DNA from: an uncultured Chroococcidiopsis sp.
GTDB taxonomy: Bacteria; Cyanobacteriota; Cyanobacteriia; Cyanobacteriales; Chroococcidiopsidaceae
Assembly: GCA_964248365.1 (NCBI GenBank)
Contig: CAXTYC010000003.1
Span: 192,001 to 256,000, forward strand
Direction: 5' to 3'
DNA: 64,000 bases
The translations under genes and the position numbers were made by a program. The notes beneath the pieces were generated by a model, which was not told the origin of the DNA, did no database searches, and was given only the letters and a program-made list of their open reading frames with translations. Positions 1-10,477 of this stretch are shown one piece after another (the first letter of the stretch is position 1; the number at the start of each line of letters is the position of its first letter).

Positions 1-568
1 TTCAATTATTGGTGCTGATTTTAATCAAGACGCAATTAAGCAGTTTGTAGATAAACTTCGCTGGGAAAAGCCTGGAATTAGCAATGAGGAAATTTGTCAG
101 AAAATAGTTAATCAAAAATCTATGCACAGTGGTTTATTTGGTGCAGTAACGGGCGTTGGTGGTTTAGCTGTCTTACCTTTTGCCATACCAGCTAATATTT
201 ATGTTTCTTGGAGAATTCAGGCTGCTACTATCCGTGCGATTGCTTATGTGTATGGTTATCCTCCTAGTAAGACAGACATTAGCCTAGTATTATTTGGAGC
301 GGTTGATTCACAGATGCAAGCCTTAAAAAGATTGGGAATTGAAGCTGCAAAAGTTGCTACGAAGAAGGCATTTGACCAATACATGACAAAGGAAATAATC
401 AAGTCGGTATTGAAGTTATCCCTGAAAGAAGCAGCAACAAAAATGGTACAAAAAGCATTAGTTACTAAGATGATTCCAGTTGTTGGAGCGCCTATAGGCT
501 TTGGCTTTGACTGGATGACAACACAAGCTGTAGGGAAGCTGGCAATTAAATATTACAGCGGAACTTAA
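1..568 (+). CDS. EcsC-family membrane-associated protein, 5' end outside the window
   Basis: The frame is open from position 2 (SIIGADFNQDAIKQFVDKLR...) into the listed ORF. It has the EcsC-like pattern GAVTGVGG...PA...IAYVYG...KMIPVVGAPIG. Confidence 0.65.
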   Translation, partial: SIIGADFNQDAIKQFVDKLRWEKPGISNEEICQKIVNQKSMHSGLFGAVTGVGGLAVLPFAIPANIYVSWRIQAATIRAIAYVYGYPPSKTDISLVLFGAVDSQMQALKRLGIEAAKVATKKAFDQYMTKEIIKSVLKLSLKEAATKMVQKALVTKMIPVVGAPIGFGFDWMTTQAVGKLAIKYYSGT

Positions 569-596
569 GATAAATTTAGTCTTATATGTAGAGAAA

Positions 597-1463
597 TTGT
601 CTCTAATTCCGCTAAAAAACAATTGTAACATTTGGAGGTTTTTGATTATGCAAGCTGAAATGGAAAGTATAATAATTTTAAGTTTAATGTTAATTTTAGG
701 CTTTGGCATTGTTTATTGGTATATTGCCTTACCATTATTGTTCATGTCACTCTGCTTTGGTTTATTTAATGAAATAATATTAAAACCACGTAAAATCAAA
801 AAGATAAAATCTAGTGATTTAGTATTGATAAAAGGCTCGGATAATCAGTATGGCATTCCTGTAAAAATTGGAAAACCAAGTAATGCAGTTAATAGCGCTT
901 CATTAAAGCAATCTCAATTTCAACTAATTGGTTATAAAGTTTTTATTATGGTTCCCATATTACAAAATGATGGAAGCGTTGAATTCAAATGTTCCTATCA
1001 TGCTCTAGATCGAGTTGAAATTGCCAAGCTTAATGTAATCCAAGAAGATAGAAAGCTAACACCACTCAAAAAAATAGCTCCCATCATTAAAGAATACGTA
1101 GCTGTAGAGACAGAGATTTCCCATCTTAAAAACAAAAAGATGGAACTCATAGAAGTAAAAAAATTGATTTCATTATCAGACATTTATCATAATCAAGAAA
1201 GCATATACGAGAGAGCGTTATTACAAATAGAAAATATAATAAACAAGGCAGAAGAATTAAAACAAGTATATCTACATCTAATTAAAGAGTGTTTGATTAG
1301 CTATAAAGTTGCTGAGTATAACCTAGATAGCATCCCAGACAATATACAACTATCGCTTGATTTGCGTTATAGGCATACAAAAGAGGAATACCAAAAAATG
1401 AAAGACACAGCAGATGCTTATTTTGTTTTGGTACGAGATAAACGTATCAATAAACTTATATAA
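597..1463 (+). CDS. Hypothetical membrane protein with two N-terminal TM helices and a C-terminal coiled coil
   Basis: 288-aa AT-rich ORF. The hydrophobic segment SIIILSLMLILGFGIVYWYIALPLLF is followed by a helical, charged C-terminus. The true start may be the ATG at 648. Confidence 0.6.
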   Translation: MSLIPLKNNCNIWRFLIMQAEMESIIILSLMLILGFGIVYWYIALPLLFMSLCFGLFNEIILKPRKIKKIKSSDLVLIKGSDNQYGIPVKIGKPSNAVNSASLKQSQFQLIGYKVFIMVPILQNDGSVEFKCSYHALDRVEIAKLNVIQEDRKLTPLKKIAPIIKEYVAVETEISHLKNKKMELIEVKKLISLSDIYHNQESIYERALLQIENIINKAEELKQVYLHLIKECLISYKVAEYNLDSIPDNIQLSLDLRYRHTKEEYQKMKDTADAYFVLVRDKRINKLI

Positions 1464-1902
1464 GTAATAAAGATATTACAAAAGTCAGCTTTAGATAATA
1501 TTGTAGTGCAGGAAAATTTAATATACGCTCAGACAAAAATATCGATAGAAGTCCTAGCAGATGGCAATTACATTATTATAGCCGCATTAGTAACATCTGT
1601 AGAATGTTACGAAAATCCTGAATGATATGCAGTAGATATTGCTATTTATAATGAAAGTTTTGGGGTAAGTTTTCAATAGGAGAATGTTCTCCTTTGTCCC
1701 GCTCAATTCATTGTTATAGATATCAGATCAAAGCATTGAATGTTAGCATTTAGTCACGCTTTGGATAGCTGAGGAAGGTTTTTAGCAGAATTACGCGATC
1801 ACCTATTCAAATTGATCCTCCTCTTGTCAGAGGGAAATTTATTAAATACATACTAAAAGAAAATAGTCGCCCCAAATGCCTTGAACTTCATAGGATCTGC
1901 TA

Positions 1903-2637
1903 ATGACAGATAAAACAACTCGGCGTAATTTTCTGCTGACTAGCGTCGCTGTAGCTGGCGGGGTTGTAGGAAGTGGCGCAATAAAACAGAATTTGACCAA
2001 CAGTGCTGACTCATCAACACACAATGAGGCTAAAGCTACTAAATCATCTCGTTCCATGAACTTCAGTTCTGGAACGATGCCAGAACGTGTGCTGGGAGCT
2101 ACTAAAATAAAAGTACCTATCTTCGGTTTGGGGGGTGCAGGACAAACGCCACTATCCGACGAGGGAAAAGAAAAAGATGCTGTGGCTATGATTCAAAGAG
2201 CGTATGAACTGGGTATTCGCTACTTTGATACTGCTGCAAGTTATGGACCGAGTGAAGATTATCTGGGTAAGGTATTGCCAAATTATCGAGCAAAAATATT
2301 TCTGGCTAGTAAGACAGCCGAAAGGAATCGGGATGGTGCGTGGCGAGAATTAGAGCGATCGCTTAAACGTCTAAATACAGATTACCTGGATTTGTGGCAA
2401 ATGCACCATGTCGCATATCAACAAGACTTAGATACGCTTTTTGGTGCTAATGGAGCGATTAAAGCTATAGAAGAAGCAAAAGAACAAAAACTTATCCGCT
2501 TTAGTGGTATTACTGGTCATTATGATCCAAAAATGATCGCCCAAGGTTTGCGCCGCTATCGCTTTGACACCACACTTATTCCTGTAAATGCCGCTGATAA
2601 GCACCATCCACAGCCTTTTCTTCCTGCTGTGTTACCA
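1903..2637 (+). pseudogene. Aldo/keto reductase with Tat signal, N-terminal fragment
   Basis: It has the TTRRNFL twin-arginine motif and the AKR motifs GLGG, YFDTAASYG and LNTDYLDLWQMH. Similarity stops after PFLPAVLP, where the frame runs into antisense sbp sequence. Confidence 0.85.
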
Positions 2638-3235
2638 AGAATTCCCAAATCGCAATACCAGAAGTTTTGGGGTTAGCCGCAATCAGCTTTACGTTATCTT
2701 TTGCCAAGTCTGCCCAAGTCTTGATACCTTTGGGATTGCCAGGGCGGGTGACAATAGCCGCCACAGATCGGGTGACAACGCTACCTTTGGGAGCTTCTAT
2801 TTCCCAACCCGATTCAATCAAACCTGCTTGCTCAATTCTATTGAGATCAAGACCTAGAGCTAGATGTACTACATCTGCTTCTATTGAACCTTCAATTACG
2901 GCACGGGTTTGAGAACCAGAACCACCGTAGCTAGTCTCGAAACTGACGTTTTGGTTCTGTTCTTTCTTCCACTTTTCGACAAATTTGGGAATGATGTGAT
3001 CGTGAGCTGCTCTAGTAACCGAGTAGGAAACTAACCTTAGTTTGACATCAGGTTTGGCAGCCGACGAGCTGCTTTCACAAGCAGCGATCGCCACACTCAA
3101 GCTAACTCCTACCAAAAACAGACACGCAAAGCTCCACAAAGAACGTCGGTTCAACCAATTTGCTATTGGTTGATACCACTGTCTAATATCCTGCAAAGTT
3201 TTAACAAGATAAGTCTGTTGCGCGATCGAGTGCAT
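2635..3235 (-). pseudogene. sbp: Sulfate ABC transporter substrate-binding protein, 3'-truncated
   Basis: It has Sbp motifs SYGGSGSQTRAV, ADVVHLAL, GNPKGIKTWADL and ANPKTSG. The family-like sequence ends at IWEFL, so the C-terminal part is missing. Confidence 0.85.
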
Positions 3236-3299
3236 TATCTCTAACCTCAGTATCAAAGGTATAGTGACCAACAATCGGTAACTGATAACTGGTCACTGT

Positions 3300-4103
3300 T
3301 TAACCAAATCGACCGCTAATATATTCCTTAGCTTCTTCGGTACTAGGAGAATCAAAAATTTGTTCGGTAGGACTGAACTCAACTAATCTTCCTCGGCGCT
3401 TACCGCTGCGATCTGTTTCAGTATTGAAAAACGCAGTCAAATCTGAGATACGCGAGGCTTGCTGCATATTGTGGGTTACGACAATGATGGTGTACTGTTC
3501 CTTCAGTTCAAGACAAAGTTCTTCAACCTGTTTAGTTGAAATTGGATCGAGGGCAGAACATGGTTCATCCATCAGAATTACATCAGGCTTCATGGCGATC
3601 GCTCGTGCAATGCAAAGCCGCTGCTGTTGTCCTCCAGATAAATCTGTACCCTTTCCTTTCAGCTTGTCTTTCACCTCATCCCAAATCGCAGCTCGTCGCA
3701 GCGATTCCTCTACCAATTCGTCCATATTTCCCTTGTAACCGTTGGTTCGCGGACCAAAGGCAATGTTTTCATAGATTGACTTGGGAAAAGGATTCGGTCG
3801 CTGGAACACCATTCCGATCTGACGACGGACTTTCACCGGATTGATTTTGGAGCCATAAATGTTTTTCCCCTGGTAATCGATTCTGCCCTCAACCCTAGCG
3901 CCTGGGATCAAATCGTTCATGCGGTTAAAGCAGCGCAGCAGGGTACTTTTGCCACATCCTGAAGGTCCAATAAAAGCGATGATTTGTTTTTCAGGAATTT
4001 CCATATTCACTTCCTGAAGTGCCATAAAATCACCGTAGTAAACCTTGACACCTCTGACTTCAAAAGTTGCCGTAGCCAGTGTAGCTGTATTGTTAGAGCG
4101 CAT
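3300..4103 (-). CDS. pstB: Phosphate ABC transporter ATP-binding protein
   Basis: Motifs [23 protein letters not shown] and DEPCSALDP, and the C-terminal YISGRFG. Confidence 0.97.
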   Translation of the reverse strand: MRSNNTATLATATFEVRGVKVYYGDFMALQEVNMEIPEKQIIAFIGPSGCGKSTLLRCFNRMNDLIPGARVEGRIDYQGKNIYGSKINPVKVRRQIGMVFQRPNPFPKSIYENIAFGPRTNGYKGNMDELVEESLRRAAIWDEVKDKLKGKGTDLSGGQQQRLCIARAIAMKPDVILMDEPCSALDPISTKQVEELCLELKEQYTIIVVTHNMQQASRISDLTAFFNTETDRSGKRRGRLVEFSPTEQIFDSPSTEEAKEYISGRFG

Positions 4104-4185
4104 ACGTGTATTTTTCTAAGGTTCTATTACAGTTGAAATTCTTGCCAAGCTATGAGCTATTAACTATTAGCTATTAGCTTTCAAA

Positions 4186-5136
4186 TTATTTAAGTAACGA
4201 AAAGCGATTTCGGAAGTAAATTGCTACGCCATTTAGAACCAAAACTACGAACAATAAAACAATGATTGTTGCTGCTGCTGCGTTAGCAAAACCAGGCTCA
4301 GGGCGAGTGATATAACTGTAAATTTGGATAGGTAAAGCCATAAAGCGCTGAAACAAACCAGGATTGAATGTGAGAAAACTTACAGCTCCGATTACGAGTA
4401 GAGAAGCTGCATCACCAATTGCCCGTGAAACTGAAAGAATTACACCTGTTAAAATTCCTGGCACGGCATAAGGTAAGACATGATTCCATATCGTTTGCCA
4501 CTTAGTTGTTCCTAAGCCATAAGAAGCTTCTCTTAAGGCATTAGGAACACCTCGAATTGCCTCTCTAGAAGTGACAATAATTATCGGTAAAGACAGCAAG
4601 GATAAAGTTAGTGCGCCAGTAATCAAAGATGGACCAAAGCCCAAAAGATAATAAAAAACGCCCAAACCAAGTAACCCATAGACAATTGAAGGAACTCCAG
4701 CCAGGTTAGCAATGTTAATCTCGATAATATCTGTCCACCAAGCTTTCGGTGCATATTCTTCGAGATACAAAGCCGTTCCTACACCAATAGGTACAGCAAT
4801 TAAAATAACTAGTATTCCTAGAAAAATGCTGCCAAAAATAGCAGGACGTATGCCGCCTTTATCGGCGAATCGAGAAGGAGTCTCAGTTAAAAAACCAGGC
4901 TTTACGAGTGTTCCTATCCCATCTCTTAAGACATCGAAGACTAAGAGGGCAAGCACTACTAAACCAATGCTAAGACCGATTAAAAAGAGAATTTCAAAGA
5001 TTTTGCCAGTTTGTTCTCGTTTCTCTAACTGTGGATTAAACTCCTCAGTTTTTGAGGAAAAATCGTTTTGGTAAGAAGAAGTAGCCATATTTACGAAGCT
5101 GCAACAATACTTTTGACTTTGATTAGCCCGTCTCAC
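4186..5136 (-). CDS. pstA: Phosphate ABC transporter permease PstA
   Basis: Motifs YLEEYA, NLAGVPSIVYGLLG and REASYGLG. The start may be the downstream Met (MATSSY). Confidence 0.95.
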   Translation of the reverse strand: MRRANQSQKYCCSFVNMATSSYQNDFSSKTEEFNPQLEKREQTGKIFEILFLIGLSIGLVVLALLVFDVLRDGIGTLVKPGFLTETPSRFADKGGIRPAIFGSIFLGILVILIAVPIGVGTALYLEEYAPKAWWTDIIEINIANLAGVPSIVYGLLGLGVFYYLLGFGPSLITGALTLSLLSLPIIIVTSREAIRGVPNALREASYGLGTTKWQTIWNHVLPYAVPGILTGVILSVSRAIGDAASLLVIGAVSFLTFNPGLFQRFMALPIQIYSYITRPEPGFANAAAATIIVLLFVVLVLNGVAIYFRNRFSLLK

Positions 5137-5197
5137 CTGAAATATTTGTCAGAGTCAGAATTTTTCTGTGAACTCGCCCCTACGACTTTTGACTTCC

Positions 5198-6136
5198 TTA
5201 GTACTTTTCTTTATAGCGATTAGCAATCCAATGGCTGACGATATTTAAAGCTAGAGTAATCAAAAACAGAACAGCTCCCACGACGTACAAGGTTTTGTAA
5301 TTAAGACTGCCACGAGCGCTATCTCCTCCTGAGATTTGAGCCATATAAGCCGTCATTGTTCCTACTGATTGGAAGGGATTGATATTGAGTCGAGGCTGTT
5401 GCCCAGCAGCAATTACCACAATCATCGTTTCACCAACAGCTCTAGAAATGCCTAAAATAATCGCGGCAGCAATTCCAGAAAGAGCTGCGGGAAAGATAAT
5501 TTTGGTTATGACTTCCAGTTTTGTTACTCCCATTGCGTAAGCTCCTTCTCGTAAAGAGCGAGGAACAGATTGTAGAGCGTCTAAGCTAATGGAGCCAATT
5601 GTAGGCATTACCATGATCCCTGTCATTAGCCCAGCACTTAAGGCGTTAAAAACCTCAAGGGGAAAAAAGTTACGCAGAACAGGGGTGATAAATAACAGAG
5701 CAAAGTATCCAAAGACAACAGTAGGCACTCCCGCCAGCAGCTCTACCGCTGGGCGTAAAATCCGCGCTACCTTGGGTGAGGCATATTCGCTTAAGTAAAT
5801 AGCAGCAGATAAACCAAGAGGAATGGCAACGAGCATGGCGATCGTTGTCGTCAGTAGAGTGCCGTTGATTAGGGGCCAAATCCCAAAATGTTTCTGGGCA
5901 AATAAAGGTGTCCACTGAGTATCGAGCAAGAACTGAGCAAGTGTAACCTCTTGGAAAAACTCAAACGTCACCCGAAAGATAATAAAGACGATGCCAAAAG
6001 TCGTGAAGACGGAAATCAACGCGCAAGAAAATAATATCGCCTGGATAAATTTTTCTTGGAGATCGTCAGATGCCTCCTTGTTAAGCTTACGCCCGTCTTC
6101 TCTATCCAACTGGTTCCGAAAATTTGTGTCTTGCAT
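5198..6136 (-). CDS. pstC: Phosphate ABC transporter permease PstC
   Basis: Motifs FGIWPLINGT, ELLAGVPTVVFG and SRAVGETMIV. Confidence 0.95.
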   Translation of the reverse strand: MQDTNFRNQLDREDGRKLNKEASDDLQEKFIQAILFSCALISVFTTFGIVFIIFRVTFEFFQEVTLAQFLLDTQWTPLFAQKHFGIWPLINGTLLTTTIAMLVAIPLGLSAAIYLSEYASPKVARILRPAVELLAGVPTVVFGYFALLFITPVLRNFFPLEVFNALSAGLMTGIMVMPTIGSISLDALQSVPRSLREGAYAMGVTKLEVITKIIFPAALSGIAAAIILGISRAVGETMIVVIAAGQQPRLNINPFQSVGTMTAYMAQISGGDSARGSLNYKTLYVVGAVLFLITLALNIVSHWIANRYKEKY

Positions 6137-6179
6137 TGTAATATCTTGAATATCTCGATCTCTCTTTAAAGGAGTTTAG

Positions 6180-7184
6180 TTAAAGAAGTTTGGCGATCGG
6201 CTCACCTGGCTTGGCATCTTTGAATTTAGAACCAGTTTCTTTGGAGGTAAGTTTTTGCTTGATCTTGGGGTAAGCTTCATCGGGTAGCGCCACATAGCCT
6301 ATTTGATCGACCCATTTCCAAGAATTATCTATATAAAATTCAACAAACTTCTTTACTGCTGGTTCGTTATCCAGTGAGTTCTTACTGACATAGATAAAGA
6401 GAGGACGAGACAAAGGTGTATAAATATTCTTCACAACATTGTCTATAGGAACAGGCTTTTCGCACTGCCCTTGGGGATCTTCCACGGCAACCAAGTTTAA
6501 CCTGTCTTGGTTGGCAATGTAGTAAGATATCCCAACATAAGCTAGACCATTCTCGTCGCCCAAAACCCCTTGGACAAGGACGTTTTGGTTATTGCTAGGA
6601 GTATAGTCTGTGCGGCTATTTCTGGCTTTGCCAGTAACGGCTTGCGTGAAATAATCAAATGTCCCAGTATCAGAACCAGGGGCATAAAGCCTTAGCGGTC
6701 GGTCGGGAAACTTGGAATTAACTTGATTCCAGTTGGTGACTTTACCAGTTGATTTGGAGTTCCACATTTTATTGAGTTCTTTGATACTCAGGCATTTAGC
6801 GAAGTTATTTTGACGATTCACAATTACAGCCATTCCATCTAGAGCAATAGGCAGCTCTACAATCTCAATTGAGTTCTTTTTACAGGTTTTAATTTCTTCA
6901 TCTCTAATGGCTCGTGATGCCCCAACAACATTAATGTCACCGTTGCAAAACTTACTAAATCCGCCTCCAGTACCACTTGAAGCAACGCTAACCTGAGCAT
7001 CAGGGTTTTCTTTCTGAAATTCCTCGGCAACTGCTTGATGGATGGGATAACCTACAGCCCCACCATCAATGCTCACCTCTGTTTGTTTTTCCTCTGCCCC
7101 ATTGCTGCAAGCAGTTATACCGCAGGTAATTACTATCAGAGATGTCAGTAAAACATGACACTTTAATCGGCTGTTAAAGAGCAT
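6180..7184 (-). CDS. pstS: Phosphate-binding lipoprotein PstS
   Basis: Lipobox ITAC, motifs SSGTGGGFSKFC, SDTGTFDYF and YTPLSRPLFIYV. It is the first gene of the pstSCAB operon. Confidence 0.93.
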   Translation of the reverse strand: MLFNSRLKCHVLLTSLIVITCGITACSNGAEEKQTEVSIDGGAVGYPIHQAVAEEFQKENPDAQVSVASSGTGGGFSKFCNGDINVVGASRAIRDEEIKTCKKNSIEIVELPIALDGMAVIVNRQNNFAKCLSIKELNKMWNSKSTGKVTNWNQVNSKFPDRPLRLYAPGSDTGTFDYFTQAVTGKARNSRTDYTPSNNQNVLVQGVLGDENGLAYVGISYYIANQDRLNLVAVEDPQGQCEKPVPIDNVVKNIYTPLSRPLFIYVSKNSLDNEPAVKKFVEFYIDNSWKWVDQIGYVALPDEAYPKIKQKLTSKETGSKFKDAKPGEPIAKLL

Positions 7185-7579
7185 TGCAATTATTTAAAAA
7201 TGCTTACTTGAAACTAATTCTACTTAAAGTCGGTAGGAATACCGTGTTAAGTGATTATAAAGTTTAATTGCAGGTAAAATCATTAAGTTATGTAAAATAT
7301 GTTTGGCATACAGGCGATCGCGTCCTACTTCCGCTTTCAACAAGATCTACCAATCTGGCTGAGGCAAAAAGTTAATTCGATAATCCTACCCACCATTGAA
7401 GTTTGTCGAATATACTGCGGTAAATCGGTAGGTATTACGGTATTTAAGTAAACAAAGTTAATTAATTAAAGGAGGACACTTGAAGGTGACGCAGATATGG
7501 TTCCACAATGCTGTAACCTCATCTGCAAGCTGCTTCCGAACAAAATGGCTGGTCTACTTACATTCTTTGGTGTTTAAGT

Positions 7580-8051
7580 ATGGCAACTTATAAAACAATT
7601 GTGCAAGCGATCGGCAGAACTCCCCTAATTCAGTTAAACCAAATTACCCAGAATATTACATCTACTATCTATGCCAAGCTAGAATCTCTCAATCCTGGCG
7701 GCAGCACTAAAGACAGAATTGCACTTGCCATGATCGAAGCGGCGGAAAAAGAAGGACTCCTGCAACCAGGTGGAACCATCATTGAAGCCACAGCAGGCAA
7801 TACAGGTGTTGGTTTAGCACTGATTGCTGCTGTTAAAAAGTATTGGTACATTTTTGTACTACCTGACAAAATGAGTCAGGAAAAGATCAACTTGCTCAAA
7901 GCTTATGGTGCAGAAGTGGTTATTACTCATACCTCTGTGCCGCCTGACTCTCCCGAAAGCTACAACGGTGTAGCAGAACGGCTGACTAAAGAAATTCCTG
8001 GCGCGTACAGACCAAATCAATTCGAGAATCCTCATAATCCCTTGGCTCATT
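7580..8051 (+). pseudogene. Cysteine synthase / cystathionine beta-synthase family protein, 3'-truncated at the IS
   Basis: It has IGRTPL, the PLP-lysine motif NPGGSTKDR, EATAGNTG and NQFENPHNPLAH. The stop codon (TAG) overlaps the IS left end, and only about half of a PALP enzyme is present. Confidence 0.88.
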
Positions 8052-8958
8052 AGACCTCTTGCGTGAATAGGGGGTGAGTGAGTAAAAGTAGGGTAAGGAG
8101 GAATAGTCCATGACCTACGAGCAACTTGCACGTTTGAGCTCTAATAGCTTCAAACGCAAGTGCGCAGTTCATCGTGAAACCTTTGAGCAGATGGTTCAAA
8201 CGCGGCGCCCCCATCTTGACCGTCAGGGTAAGCGAGGCGGACAGGCTAAACTGAGCGTCGAAGATCAATTGTTGTTGGTGCTAGAGTATTGGCGGGAATA
8301 TCGTACTCAATTTCATATTGCCACTAGTTGGGGATTAAGCGAGTCTGCTGTGTGCCGCTTAATCCAAAAGGTAGAAACGCTGTTGCTTGAGTGTGGTAAG
8401 TTTCGCTTGCCAGGTAAAAAGCAGCTATATCAAAATGCCTACACTTGGAATGTGCTGGTCGTCGATGTCACGCAAAGCCCAACCCTCCGCCCAAAAAAAA
8501 ACAGCGCGCTTACTACAGTGGGAAGAAAAAGCGGCACACTTTGAAAGCACAAGTGATAGTTAACCAAGCAACAGGACAAATTATTTGTACTGCCTTTGGC
8601 AAGGGGCGAGTGCATGATTTTCGCTTGTTCAAACTGCATCGGTTTCCCATGCTACCACAGCAGTTATGCTTAGCTGACAAGGGATATCAGGGCATCACCA
8701 ACCTGCATAGCGCCAGTTGCACCCCAACCAAGAAACCCCGCCGTCCGGCAAATTTGAGTAAGTCTGAGCCCCAACACAATCGTCTGCTCGCACGATTGCG
8801 TGTTGTAGCTGAACACGTCAACCGGCGGTTGAAGATTTTTCGGATTTTGGCAGAGCGTTACCCTAATCGTAGACGGCGTTTTGGCTTACGCTTCAATTTG
8901 CTCGCTGGAATTATCAACCTTGAACTTGCTCTGTGTTCCTGATTCACGCAAGAGGTCT
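8052..8958 (+). mobile_element. IS5-family insertion sequence (ISL2-group-like), 907 bp
   Basis: It has perfect 17-bp terminal inverted repeats AGACCTCTTGCGTGAAT (8052-8068 / 8942-8958), a flanking ATT direct repeat (8049-8051 / 8959-8961) and two overlapping transposase ORFs. Confidence 0.92.
8110..8942 (+). CDS. IS5-family transposase in two frames (HTH ORF 8110-8544 plus DDE ORF ending at 8942), joined at an A9 run
   Basis: The HTH region reads LSVEDQLLLVLEYWREY...WGLSESAVCR. DDE residues are in VVDVT, ADKGYQG and AEHVNRRLK. The A9 run is at 8493-8501. Confidence 0.88.
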
Positions 8959-8961
8959 ATT

Positions 8962-9072
8962 GTTAGGGTGGCTAAGGCTTTTAAACCACTTGCTGATCAG
9001 GAATTAGCAGCCATCGAGCAACGTACTGCTGCTATTTGGGAAGATAATACTTTCTTTCGCGCTTGGGGGTGA
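8962..9072 (+). pseudogene. Aldo/keto reductase C-terminal fragment
   Basis: VRVAKAFKPLADQELAAIEQRTAAIWEDNTFFRAWG resembles the C-terminus of cyanobacterial Tat-AKRs. It is on the same strand as the 1903-2637 fragment and begins right after the IS. Confidence 0.75.
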
Positions 9073-9177
9073 TTAGGGGCTGGGGGCTAGAGGCTGGGGG
9101 CTAGAGAAAGAGGGGGAGAGGGGGAGAATTACCAACCACCAATTACCGATTACCAACTACCAACTACTAATTACCAA

Positions 9178-10350
9178 TTACCGATTCTGCCTTGAGTGTA
9201 ACATTTGCAGAATTTCTTTGGCGGCGCGATCGCTTACTCCTTCTTCCCCTAAGCAAGAGCGCATCAGAGTATAGTCTGCTATAGTTTGTTGACGACGTTG
9301 GGGATCTAGCAGTAGTTCTAATGCTGCCCCAGTAATGTTTTCTGGGGTGGCTCGTTCTTGGAGTAACTCTGGTACGATCGGTTTGTTGACTACCAAATTA
9401 GGCGGCGAAAAGAAGGTAACGGAAAAATTGAGTAATTTATATGCCACCCATTGTGTTACTCGGCTAACGCGATATAGCACGACTTGTGGCACGTTTAACA
9501 AGGCAATTTCTAAATTTACAGTGCCAGATTTGGTAATTGCAAGATCAGCAGCTGCGATCGCTTCCAATGTTTGCCCTGATAGTATTGTTGCTTGCAGCCC
9601 ATAACGTTCAATTGCCTCTTCTATTGGTTGCCGATATACTTCTAAAGATAGTGGAATCCAGAAGTGTACCTGGGGTAACTTTCCTTGAATAGCTTGTGCT
9701 GCTTCAAATATCACTGGCAGCAGATATTTCAATTCTTGGCGGCGCGAGGCTGGAATTAACGCTATAGTCAATTGTTCTGGAGAAATCCCTAATTTTGCTC
9801 GTGCACAGGTGCGGCTAGGAGCATTTTGCATCCTATCTAGCAAAGGATGTCCTACCCAACTTACCCTCGCTCCTCTAGTTTGGAAAAAACGCGCCTCTTG
9901 GGGAAAGATTGCCAATATCCGATCTGTCATGTCTATCAGCCGCTTGATGTCACGCTGATTTGACCACCAAACCCACATTTGCGGCGCAATATAATATACA
10001 ATCGGTACTTGTGGCATCTGCCTTCGGATATAACTACCTAAAGGTAGATTAGCTCCAGCATAATCAATTAGTACAACCAGATCGGGTGGGTGTTGTTGAA
10101 GATATTGTTTTGCCCGACGTTGAATTTTGAAGGTAGATAAGACAAACGGTAAGGCTTCCCAAGTTCCAATCGAACCGATGCCGATGGTATTACCTAAGAG
10201 GGTAGCGCCTGCACTTTTCATGCGATCGCCTCCCAGTGCCACAATTTCTAACTCCCACTGGGCAGCAACCGCTTGTCGCAGCAGCGCTTCAACAAGTAGC
10301 GCCCCTTGTAAATCTCCTGAAACCTCACCAGTACTAATGAATATACGCAT
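9178..10350 (-). CDS. lpxB: Lipid-A-disaccharide synthase
   Basis: Motifs ISTGEVSGDLQGA, YYIAPQ, VGHPL, PASRRQE and KSGTVNLE. Confidence 0.97.
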   Translation of the reverse strand: MRIFISTGEVSGDLQGALLVEALLRQAVAAQWELEIVALGGDRMKSAGATLLGNTIGIGSIGTWEALPFVLSTFKIQRRAKQYLQQHPPDLVVLIDYAGANLPLGSYIRRQMPQVPIVYYIAPQMWVWWSNQRDIKRLIDMTDRILAIFPQEARFFQTRGARVSWVGHPLLDRMQNAPSRTCARAKLGISPEQLTIALIPASRRQELKYLLPVIFEAAQAIQGKLPQVHFWIPLSLEVYRQPIEEAIERYGLQATILSGQTLEAIAAADLAITKSGTVNLEIALLNVPQVVLYRVSRVTQWVAYKLLNFSVTFFSPPNLVVNKPIVPELLQERATPENITGAALELLLDPQRRQQTIADYTLMRSCLGEEGVSDRAAKEILQMLHSRQNR

Positions 10351-10477
10351 CGCTTTTAAGGGGCTAGAGGCTAGAGGCGAGGGGCTAGAGGCGAGATGGG
10401 GTGATGAGGTGATGAGGTGATGGGGTGTGGTGGTGAATTTCTCCCACTCTCCCCCTCTTTTTCCCTAGTCCCTCGCC

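Noticed and set aside
1464..1625. About 53 open codons continuing in frame after the stop of the 597-1463 ORF, and a GTAACAT-N7-ATGTTAC palindrome at 1590-1610
   Set aside because: There is no recognisable protein similarity, and the spacing does not fit NtcA (GTA-N8-TAC). It cannot be told apart from chance.
7245..7292. Possible SphR Pho box upstream of pstS
   Set aside because: Only two degenerate 11-bp-spaced half-sites were found in very AT-rich DNA, too weak to call.
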